Below, one piece after another: positions 8,227-16,122 of a stretch of DNA of 64,000 nt. The stretch covers positions 16,681-80,680 of the forward strand of contig JAEZJZ010000046.1 of assembly GCA_023436245.1 (NCBI GenBank). Reading direction: 5' to 3'. This DNA is from Bacillota bacterium. Lineage in GTDB: Bacteria; Bacillota; UBA994; UBA5500. The translations under genes were made by a program, and so were the position numbers. The notes under the pieces were generated by a model, which worked only from the letters and a program-made list of their open reading frames with translations, was not told the DNA's origin and did not search any database. Each line of letters opens with the position of its first letter. Within the stretch, counting starts at the first letter, position 1.

Positions 8227-9012
8227 GTGAAAATGATGAACCCAGGAACCATCTTCGTATTCTGCACTTTGTTGGCCTTTGGCGGATTGGTGATCGGCGT
8301 CCTCCTGGCGACACAGAAGGGAAAGATGCGGCCGAAGATTCGGCGCATTCCGGCCCTCGATTCCATTGAGGAGGCTGTGGGTCGTGCCACGGAAATGGGT
8401 CGCCCGGTGCACTTCACCACCGGTTACGGCGAAATCACCACTTCGACCGCTCCGCAGACGTTTGCTTCCTTTGCAGTACTGGAGCATGTGGTCGGTTTGA
8501 CTGCCAAGTACAACACCCAGTTGATCGTCTCCATCAAGTCAGCAGAGTCCTTCCCGCTGACACAGGAACTGGTGCGCCAGGCCTACTTGGCCTCCGGCAA
8601 GCCTGACATGTTCAAGGAGGATACCGTCCGCTTCATCTCCACGGCTCAGTTCGCATGGGCGGCCGGCGTGCTCGGCATCTTCAACCGCGAAAAGGTAGCG
8701 GCCAATATCATGATCGGTTACTTCATGGCCGAGTCCCTACTGTTCGCCGAAGGCGGCGCTCAGGTGGGAGCCATTCAAGTTGCCGGAACTGGTAACTTGG
8801 CTCAGACCGCTTTCTTCGTGGCTGCTTGCGACTACACGCTGATCGGTGAAGAACTCTATGCCGGCGGCGCCTATCTGTCTCAGGATCTGAAGCAGATCGG
8901 CAGTCTCGGCGGTCAAGACTATGTCAAACTGGTGACCATGGCCTTCATCGTCCTCGGGACTATCCTGGCGACGGCAAAGAGCACGTGGTTGGTTGATCTG
9001 ATGAAGAAGTAA
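8227..9012 (+). CDS. membrane protein of unknown function (operon gene 1 of 4)
   Basis: AAAGGAGGTG SD lies 5 nt upstream. N-terminal helix TIFVFCTLLAFGGLVIGVLLA, C-terminal helix LVTMAFIVLGTILA, and a central domain starting RRIPALDSIEEAVGRATEMGRPVHFTTGYG. No family recognised. Confidence 0.8.
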   Translation: MKMMNPGTIFVFCTLLAFGGLVIGVLLATQKGKMRPKIRRIPALDSIEEAVGRATEMGRPVHFTTGYGEITTSTAPQTFASFAVLEHVVGLTAKYNTQLIVSIKSAESFPLTQELVRQAYLASGKPDMFKEDTVRFISTAQFAWAAGVLGIFNREKVAANIMIGYFMAESLLFAEGGAQVGAIQVAGTGNLAQTAFFVAACDYTLIGEELYAGGAYLSQDLKQIGSLGGQDYVKLVTMAFIVLGTILATAKSTWLVDLMKK

Positions 9013-9033
9013 ACCAAACCCAAGGGAAAGGGG

Positions 9034-9699
9034 GTGCAATCAGTGCGCAGAACGGTTCCACTAGTAATCGTCTCTTTGGTCGGATTCCTGCTGCTCTCAG
9101 CGTATTTCTTTAACTTCGCCATTCCCGGCACAGGCACCGACTTGAAAGGCGTGTCCAGCACTATCACCAACTGGGGAGTCATCGTCGCCGCTTTCGCTGT
9201 GGGCTTGGCCTCAGTCAACCTGATCAGGATTCACATGGCCAAGGTAACCCGCCAGAGGGCAGACTGGATACACAGCCTGGCGCTAATCGTGACCATGTTC
9301 CTGTTCATTATCGTCGGTGTCTATTCAAAACACAATCCAGACAGCGCATCTGCCAAGGCTCTATTCCAGAACTTGTTCGATTATTCCTATAGCCCGTTCG
9401 GCTCGGCAATGTTCGCCATCCTGGGTTTCTATGTTGCCTCTGCGTCTTACCGCGCCTTCCGTATGCGCAGCTTCGAGGCCAGCTTGCTGCTCATCGCAGC
9501 CGTCCTGGTAATGATGGGTAACGCCCCAATCGGAGCTCTCATTTGGAACAAATTCCCGGTTATTGGCAACTGGCTGCTGTCAGTTGTGAACATGACCGGC
9601 CAGCGCGGAATCACCATCGGAGTCGCTATCGGCGGTTTTGCCACCAGTATGCGCGTTCTGCTCGGGTTCGACCGCGGCCATCTCGGCATCGGCGACTGA
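9034..9699 (+). CDS. polytopic membrane protein of unknown function (operon gene 2 of 4)
   Basis: About six hydrophobic helices. Start is GTG 9034 or, with better SD spacing, GTG 9043. It lies 21 nt after gene 1. Confidence 0.8.
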   Translation: MQSVRRTVPLVIVSLVGFLLLSAYFFNFAIPGTGTDLKGVSSTITNWGVIVAAFAVGLASVNLIRIHMAKVTRQRADWIHSLALIVTMFLFIIVGVYSKHNPDSASAKALFQNLFDYSYSPFGSAMFAILGFYVASASYRAFRMRSFEASLLLIAAVLVMMGNAPIGALIWNKFPVIGNWLLSVVNMTGQRGITIGVAIGGFATSMRVLLGFDRGHLGIGD

Positions 9700-9724
9700 G
9701 TGAGAGGAAAGGAGGTGCTCTTTC

Positions 9725-10546
9725 GTGCTAGAACGCTTACAGAACGTTGACCGCCGTATCATCTATGTGATCCTGTTGATCGTCTGCTTCGTGCCGATGG
9801 CCAAACCGATCGGCATTCCTCTGCAAGTCAATACTACAACGCAAATGGTCTACGACATTGTGGAGGGCCTGGATCCGGCCACGGACAGGGTGCTATTTGT
9901 GATGGACTACTCAGTCGGCGGTTCGGCTGACGTTCATCCGCAGGCAGTGGCAGTGGCCAAGCACTTGGCGAAGCGCCATATTCCCACGGTGATGGTCTCC
10001 TTTGTCGACAGCGGCACCATGTTCACCGAACAGATCATCACCATGCTGGGCGACCAGGTTACCTACGGCGTTGATGTCGTCAACTTAGGTTACATGGCCG
10101 GCATGGAGACTGCTGTCAAAGCATTCGTGGAGAACCCCAAGACATCTTTCACCCTTGACTACAACGGGAATCAGGTCGCCAGCCTGCCGATCATGCAGAG
10201 CGTGAGTGACATCCAGGATTTCTCGTTCATCATCGACTTCCAAACCGGTAACCCCGGCTACCAGGACTTCCTGCGGCAGTTGCCCGCTGGCATGTCCTAT
10301 GCAGCCGGCATCGTCACGGTGAGTGTGCCGAACGTGATGCCTTACCTCAGTTCCGGTCAGCTCTCCGGCCTGCTCCAGGGCCTGCGCGGAGCAGCTGAGT
10401 ACGAGGTTCTGCTTAAGGAGCCAGGCGATGGCGCGGCCATGATGGATGCCCAATCCATGGCGCACATGGTCATCATCCTGTTTATTGTCGTCGGCAATGC
10501 TGCCTATTTTCTGAACAAGAAATCGGCTGCCAAGCCGAAAGCCTAG
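9725..10546 (+). CDS. membrane-anchored protein of unknown function (operon gene 3 of 4)
   Basis: AAGGAGG SD lies 9 nt before the GTG. N-terminal helix IIYVILLIVCFVPMA and C-terminal helix MVIILFIVVGNAAYFL bracket a ~210-aa domain. No motif recognised. Confidence 0.8.
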   Translation: MLERLQNVDRRIIYVILLIVCFVPMAKPIGIPLQVNTTTQMVYDIVEGLDPATDRVLFVMDYSVGGSADVHPQAVAVAKHLAKRHIPTVMVSFVDSGTMFTEQIITMLGDQVTYGVDVVNLGYMAGMETAVKAFVENPKTSFTLDYNGNQVASLPIMQSVSDIQDFSFIIDFQTGNPGYQDFLRQLPAGMSYAAGIVTVSVPNVMPYLSSGQLSGLLQGLRGAAEYEVLLKEPGDGAAMMDAQSMAHMVIILFIVVGNAAYFLNKKSAAKPKA

Positions 10547-10568
10547 CGCTCAGTGAGGAGGTGAAACA

Positions 10569-11171
10569 ATGAACGTTTCGACTAACCCCTGGGTGTGGTT
10601 CATGGGCATAGGCATGCTCGCGCTCTTTTCCTTTATCTTTAAGGAGAATCAGGCCTACCGCCTGTTCGAGCATATCTATGTGGGCGCCGCAGCCGGCTAC
10701 GCCGTGGTGATCAACTACGGCAACATCGTCGACCGGGCTTGGACGCCTTTGGTCGAGAAGGGCGAAATGAGCCTAATCTTCCCCATCGCGTTGGGGTTAC
10801 TGCTGTACACGCGCTTCATCAAATCGATTTCCTGGCTGAGTCGCTGGTCGATGTCCTTCCTGCTGGGGATCGGCGTCGGAATCTCCGTCTACGGCACGCT
10901 GCAGTCTCAGTTGATTGCGCAGTCCAAAGCCGCGATGATGCCACTGACCTCCATCAACAACGTGATCATGTTCGTGGGAGTACTCTCCGTCATCTTCTAC
11001 TTCTTCTTCGCCATGGAGCAGAAGGGAGCCGCGCGTGAGGTCTCCAGAATTGGCCGCTACGTGATGATGATTACCTTCGGAGTCGCGTTCGGAAACGTGG
11101 TCATGGGCCGCATTTCGCTCCTGCTGGGATGTATCAATGATATCTTCGGCAAGTGGCTGGGGATTATCTAG
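10569..11171 (+). CDS. polytopic membrane protein of unknown function (operon gene 4 of 4)
   Basis: GAGGAGG SD lies 6 nt before the ATG. About six hydrophobic helices in 200 aa. Followed by a strong terminator. Confidence 0.8.
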   Translation: MNVSTNPWVWFMGIGMLALFSFIFKENQAYRLFEHIYVGAAAGYAVVINYGNIVDRAWTPLVEKGEMSLIFPIALGLLLYTRFIKSISWLSRWSMSFLLGIGVGISVYGTLQSQLIAQSKAAMMPLTSINNVIMFVGVLSVIFYFFFAMEQKGAAREVSRIGRYVMMITFGVAFGNVVMGRISLLLGCINDIFGKWLGII

Positions 11172-11186
11172 CTGACATCATCAATA

Positions 11187-11220
11187 ACAAGGCCCCGCAG
11201 TTCGCACTGCGGGGCCTTGT
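11187..11220. terminator. hairpin terminator between convergent genes
   Basis: 14-bp stem ACAAGGCCCCGCAG / CTGCGGGGCCTTGT with a 6-nt loop, followed by TT. Confidence 0.7.
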
Positions 11221-11244
11221 TTGCGCTCCAAACTCTACCCACCG

Positions 11245-12531
11245 TCAATCCAGGCGGCTGATAATGGTCAAAGCCGGCCGCAACCGCTCCAGCAACCCTG
11301 CCAGTTCCGGATCCGATGCCATCTCCTCCATCACCCTCGCCGCCGCCTGGGAAATCACCCCCGGCCCCCAGTACTTGATGCCACCCTGACGATCCAGTTT
11401 GGCAGCCCGATACTGGCAGAGATAGCCGAGCAAAACCAAGCGATAGTAGACCGCCAACCGGGTCATCTGCTGCTCGTATTCCGCCGTTTCTGACTCACTC
11501 AGATCGCGGTGACTGAGGTAATACTGGAACAAGCTGAGTTCATCCTCCGCGCCCAGACCAGTGGCTGGGTCGCAAACCAGCTCAATCGCATCAAAGGCGG
11601 AAACATCGGAGCGAACACCATCCCAACTGATGCGGTTAGCCGTTTTGCCCTGCATGAAAAAGGCACGGGGAGAGCTGTCCACTAGTCTCAAGCCAATCTC
11701 AGCCTCTGTCGTGCGGAACAGCGGTTCGGCGGCATCAATGATCTCGAAGAACTCTTCGCGGCTGACTGGAGCCCCCACTTTCTCCCAAGACGACAGAGAA
11801 TTCTGCAGTTCATCCCGGATCTTCTTTTCGAAGTGTCCTGCTCCGGGTGGGAAGAACCCCACGCTGTCCTTGCCGCGATCATGGAATGTGGCCAGATCGG
11901 CGAGCACAGACTGCAGCAAAGCCAGGCGCCCGCCCTGTTCAGACTGTTGCAGTAGGTCGTCTAAGCGGCTCGTTCCCACGCCCTCAGTCAGGGTAATCAA
12001 CTTCTTCGCATCATGGGCGATCAAACGCGGGAAGAACACCCCGATCTGGTTCAATCGCCGCAGGCCTTGGAGTTCAGCATCAACCTGCGCCTTCTTGGCG
12101 GCCAACACCTGCTCCTCCTTGGTCAGATCCTTGAATGGATCCTCCTTCAGACGCTCCAAGTAATCGCCACGCTGCATGGCCATCGGCGAGGACGAGGGGT
12201 CGATCATCATCTCATCGGCCCCGGGGCGCGAGTTACGTTCTCTCTCGCGCTGCAACGACTCCAGTGGGTAGACGATCTGTGCCAGCAATGGACGTTTGCT
12301 GCCGTCAGCAAATCCGGCAACCATACTGTAATACACCCGTTCCTCGGCTTGATCTGCGCCAGCCGGGCCAAGGGCCAGGCGACTCACCTGCAGTCGCGTC
12401 GGGCCCTGCCCCCGTAGATCCTTGACATAGCGACCAACGAAGTTTCTATTCAGACGGAGATCGCCCGGGTGATTGATCCTCCAAATGAGCAAAACGATGA
12501 AAACCAGCAGGACAGCATAGAGCATTGCCAT
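11245..12531 (-). CDS. membrane-anchored hypothetical protein with weak, degenerate protein-kinase-like (APH-type) features
   Basis: GGAGG SD lies 7 nt upstream. N-terminal helix LYAVLLVFIVLLIW. LVDSSPRAFF and ISWDGVRSD loosely resemble the APH HGDxxxxN and DxE/DFG boxes but lack the His and Asn. The fold call is speculative. Confidence 0.6.
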   Translation of the reverse strand: MAMLYAVLLVFIVLLIWRINHPGDLRLNRNFVGRYVKDLRGQGPTRLQVSRLALGPAGADQAEERVYYSMVAGFADGSKRPLLAQIVYPLESLQRERERNSRPGADEMMIDPSSSPMAMQRGDYLERLKEDPFKDLTKEEQVLAAKKAQVDAELQGLRRLNQIGVFFPRLIAHDAKKLITLTEGVGTSRLDDLLQQSEQGGRLALLQSVLADLATFHDRGKDSVGFFPPGAGHFEKKIRDELQNSLSSWEKVGAPVSREEFFEIIDAAEPLFRTTEAEIGLRLVDSSPRAFFMQGKTANRISWDGVRSDVSAFDAIELVCDPATGLGAEDELSLFQYYLSHRDLSESETAEYEQQMTRLAVYYRLVLLGYLCQYRAAKLDRQGGIKYWGPGVISQAAARVMEEMASDPELAGLLERLRPALTIISRLD

Positions 12532-12763
12532 ATGTCAACCTCCAAAACTGGATCGGGTGCACCGATCCATGGCCATTTAGCCAACCTGCACAGAGGCGCC
12601 GAAAGACATCGGACTCGGGCGCGCCAGTGCATTTCGCCACTGCATCATTTCGGCAGGGGCGAACGCTAATCCTGCTCGCGCTGTGTCAAAATACGACATC
12701 GGCAACGTTCGGAGTGCATTCTCTGCTACCGATGCTACAACCTGCTTATCGAATGACACCGCG

Positions 12764-13960
12764 CTACAGCTTGGCTGCTTCAGCCAGTTCGTGACCCACC
12801 TTGACTAGGTTGGCTATCTCGGCTTCTTTCGGATTCCAACGCATGGAGACCCCATCGCCGAGCAAGCTCCAGCCAATCCGCTGCAGATAGTGATTGATGG
12901 CCGCCACCGATCCGCCGCCCCAGCCCTCAGAGCCGAAGGCAATCGCTGTCTTGCCGGCTGGTTTGAGGCCAGCCAGGTCGTCCAGCAAGGGGGCTACTGT
13001 AGCCAACATCCCGCGATTGGTTGTGGGCGATCCAATGGCGACCGCCCTGGCCGACTGAATCGCCGCGATCAAGTCGTTGCGATCTGTCTTCGAGATTCGG
13101 AACAATTGATACTCCACTCCGCTAGCAGCTACCCCCGCGGCTATGGCATTGGCCATGCGGGCTGTGCTTTCCCACATGGTGTCGTAAGCGATGACCACTT
13201 TGGCCTGACGAGACTCCTGGGACCAGTTCTGATAGGCCTGCAAAATGCGATTTGGGTCCTGGCGGAAGATGACGCCGTGGCTGGGGCAAATCTGCTTGAT
13301 AGGCAACTGCAGTTCCCCCACTTCCTGCAGTTTCTTGGCAACCAGCCGAGAAAACGGAGTGAGGATGTTGGCATAGTACTTGGTCGCCTCTTGCATGACT
13401 ACTGACATATCCACCTCATCATCAAAGCGACCGGAACTGGCGTAGTGCTGACCAAACGCATCGTTGGGCATGAGAATCGCGTCTTCCTTGATGTAGGTGA
13501 ACATGCTATCCGGCCAGTGCAGCATGGGTGCCTCCAGGAAGGTGAGGGTCCGCTTGCCCAGTTTGACCTCATCGAAGGTCTTGAGGACATTGTAGTCCCA
13601 GTTCTGATGAAACTGTTGGGTCAGGAACTCTGCCCCTTTCGCGGTGCAGTAGAGCTTTGCCTCCTTGGCCGTGTCCATTACCAGCGGCAGAGCACCGGAG
13701 TGGTCGACCTCGCTGTGGTTACTGATCACGCGTGTGATGCGCGCCGGATCGATCACCTCTGCTATGTTGCGCAGCAGTTCGTTGGCAAACGGCGTGTAGA
13801 CAGTGTCGACCAGCGCGACCTCGTCATCGACGATCAGGTAGGCGTTGTAGGTTGTGCCTCGGTGGGTGGAATAGGCCGGGCCGTGAAAATAGCGAATATC
13901 CCAATCGATCGCTCCCACCCAGTAGACGTTCGGAGCGACTTCCCTTACCGGCATTTGCAT
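12764..13960 (-). CDS. fprA: flavodiiron protein (FprA-type A flavoprotein: metallo-beta-lactamase-like plus flavodoxin domains)
   Basis: N-terminus VYWVGAIDWDIRYFHG, di-iron motif HSEVDHSG, C-terminal flavodoxin segment KVVIAYDTMWESTARMA...AVAIGSPTTN. Confidence 0.88.
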   Translation of the reverse strand: MQMPVREVAPNVYWVGAIDWDIRYFHGPAYSTHRGTTYNAYLIVDDEVALVDTVYTPFANELLRNIAEVIDPARITRVISNHSEVDHSGALPLVMDTAKEAKLYCTAKGAEFLTQQFHQNWDYNVLKTFDEVKLGKRTLTFLEAPMLHWPDSMFTYIKEDAILMPNDAFGQHYASSGRFDDEVDMSVVMQEATKYYANILTPFSRLVAKKLQEVGELQLPIKQICPSHGVIFRQDPNRILQAYQNWSQESRQAKVVIAYDTMWESTARMANAIAAGVAASGVEYQLFRISKTDRNDLIAAIQSARAVAIGSPTTNRGMLATVAPLLDDLAGLKPAGKTAIAFGSEGWGGGSVAAINHYLQRIGWSLLGDGVSMRWNPKEAEIANLVKVGHELAEAAKL

Positions 13961-14083
13961 GCCCTCCTCTCAGACTCCGATTAGCTAGTCCTAGTGTCTG
14001 CTTTCGCAGGTCATTTCTTGCAGCAAACATCAAGAGTAAGGGCCGTGTCGGTCAAATCGACACGGCCCTCAATGCATTCTTGC

Positions 14084-15001
14084 TTAGCGCTGTTCACGGA
14101 AGGATTGTCCCCTGACTGTCACCTGACGCAGGTGCTGGTTGATCACCTCGGGATAGCTCTGCACCGCATCCCGGTTTTCCCGGAGCAACTGATCATATTC
14201 CTGACCGAGCTGATGGTTGATCACAGACAGCTCCCCAAACGCGTGCTTTCCCAGACCGGCAGCCTGCTCACAATCGGGAGAACAGGGAAAGAAGTTCTTG
14301 GTGAAATAGGCCCAAGGTTCCCGCTTGTCAGCAGGAATGCTGAGCAACTCGTAGGCCGCCCTGGTCTCAACGTTGACCTCACCCGCGCGATTGTCCCGAT
14401 ATGCTTGAATGCAGCAAGAGGGATAACCGAGCAACCGTCCCAGCTTGGCGAGATAATCTGGCGACTGTTCTTCCGGGTAAATGAGCAGCGCCAGTGGGGT
14501 CGAGCGGGTGGCCCGTTTGTGCAGCTCCTCTTTGATGCGCAAGCGTTCGGCCATCAGCTCGTGCAGTTCATCCTCCACGGAGGGGCTCCGGAAGAGATAC
14601 ATCTCCCGTACAGTCGGTCGGACCTCCCAGAAGAATGTGCGCAGGCCAAACGCTCTCGCCCAATAGAGCAATGCCTGATAACCTGCCGATTCCTCTACCA
14701 CCTGCTGGTAGGCTTCCCGCACCAGTTGGCGCTTCCAGGTGACGGGCCGCTGCCCCAAGTGCTGTAACTGCCATTTTGTTCTCTGCCACCAGCTCTGCTG
14801 TTCCAGTTCCTGCAGGCGACTGCGATAACGGCTGTCTATCTGCAGACCCAGCTGCTCTCCGTCCGGCAGCTCGCCTGGTATGGTCAGCAAGCTCAACGGC
14901 TTGACGCCCAACGCTACCAGCAGGAACCCTTCAATCCGAATGCGGGGCGATATTCGCTCCTCTTGAACAAACCGTTCGATCAGCTGTGCCCTGGCTGGCA
15001 T
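14084..15001 (-). CDS. Cys-motif protein resembling DUF483 (GYPxCC family), function unknown
   Basis: GGAGGAGG SD lies 7 nt upstream. LGYPSCCIQAY and FFPCSPDCEQA motifs are present. The family name is recalled from memory and not verified. Confidence 0.6.
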   Translation of the reverse strand: MPARAQLIERFVQEERISPRIRIEGFLLVALGVKPLSLLTIPGELPDGEQLGLQIDSRYRSRLQELEQQSWWQRTKWQLQHLGQRPVTWKRQLVREAYQQVVEESAGYQALLYWARAFGLRTFFWEVRPTVREMYLFRSPSVEDELHELMAERLRIKEELHKRATRSTPLALLIYPEEQSPDYLAKLGRLLGYPSCCIQAYRDNRAGEVNVETRAAYELLSIPADKREPWAYFTKNFFPCSPDCEQAAGLGKHAFGELSVINHQLGQEYDQLLRENRDAVQSYPEVINQHLRQVTVRGQSFREQR

Positions 15002-15183
15002 TTCGTCTCCTCCTCCAAGCGTGGCTCACACCTACTTCTCTAGACGCAAGATGATATCCTGCAAGGCGATCAGATTCAGCAACACGCCAGCAACCCCCTG
15101 TATCAATGCGATGACGGGCGATTTCTCCCGCGTGGTAGTCCGCAGCGCGCGGGAACGTTCAGAAAGTCCGATTTCCCTAGGTG

Positions 15184-15241
15184 TCGTAGCACCACAGCAT
15201 GCTGTGGCGCCGGGATTGGCTCGGCATGCCGATCCTCTACG
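15184..15241. repeat. two adjacent REP-like palindromic units
   Basis: TCGTAGCA-CCACAGCATGCTGTGG (15192-15207) and GGCTCGGCATGCCGATCC-TCTACG (15218-15241), lying in a divergent intergenic region. Confidence 0.7.
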
Positions 15242-15360
15242 ATTGCCAAGTTGACTAGCCTCGCACGCTGTGGGCAACTTGGGCGGAATCATTGACTGAA
15301 GGCCAAACAAGAAGATAGAATGTCTATAAATCTCTATCGAGAGACAAGGGAGGACGAAAA

Positions 15361-16122
15361 ATGGCGGACATCTCCGAGCTCTTCTGGCAGGCAGATCTGC
15401 AGGACATCAAGCGCGGTTATACCCACCAACAGGAAACTGACCAGTATACCTGCCTGATCTGCGGCCAGAGTTTCGAAAACGGGCGCATCTACTCCCATCA
15501 GGGGCAGCTGTACCAGGCTAAGAGATTCGTGGAACTGCACATCCGCAACGAGCACGATTCCGTGTTCAGCTACCTGCTACAGCTTGACAAGAAGTTGACC
15601 GGCCTGACTGAGCACCAAAAGACACTGCTCAGTCTCTTCTACGCAGGGCATGGCGACAGCGAAGTGGCCAAACAGCTCGGCACTGCCACCTCCACGATCC
15701 GCAACCATCGCTTCAGCCTGCGCGAAAAGCAAAAGCAGGCCAAACTGTTTCTGGCACTGATGGAACTGCTGGCTGAGCAAACACCCCAGCGACAGGCCTT
15801 CATTGAGATTCCTCGCAACAGCAGGCAGGTTGATGATCGCTTCGCCATCACACAAGCAGAACGAGAGGAGATTCTTGCCAAGTATTTTGCGGAAGGGCCG
15901 GACGGGCCAATCTCCTCCTTCCCCACCAAAGAGAAACGCAAAGTGGCGATTCTGCACCACCTGGTGGAGCGCTTCAAACTAGGCCAAACCTATACCGAAA
16001 AAGAAATCAACGCCATCCTGCGCCCCATCTACGATGACTATGTCTTGCTCCGGCGCTATTTGATCGAGTATGGGTTTCTTGATCGGACAAGTGATGGCGG
16101 CTCTTACTGGGTGAAGGTCTGA
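15361..16122 (+). CDS. putative transcriptional regulator (C2H2-like finger, LuxR-type HTH, DUF2087-like C-terminus)
   Basis: CLICGQSF...HIRNEH, then LTEHQKTLLSLFYAGHGDSEVAKQLGTATSTIRNHRF, then the C-terminal KRKVAILHHLVERF...YTEKEINAIL...DDYVLLRRYLIEYGFLDR. Confidence 0.7.
   Translation: MADISELFWQADLQDIKRGYTHQQETDQYTCLICGQSFENGRIYSHQGQLYQAKRFVELHIRNEHDSVFSYLLQLDKKLTGLTEHQKTLLSLFYAGHGDSEVAKQLGTATSTIRNHRFSLREKQKQAKLFLALMELLAEQTPQRQAFIEIPRNSRQVDDRFAITQAEREEILAKYFAEGPDGPISSFPTKEKRKVAILHHLVERFKLGQTYTEKEINAILRPIYDDYVLLRRYLIEYGFLDRTSDGGSYWVKV

Noticed and set aside
8113-8487. 124-aa ORF on the minus strand
   Set aside because: It overlaps the SD and 5' end of the first membrane-operon gene, and nothing supports it.
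13994-14767. 257-aa ORF on the plus strand
   Set aside because: It is antisense to the DUF483-like gene, which has a GGAGGAGG SD and the Cys motifs. The plus ORF starts inside the fprA upstream spacer without an SD.
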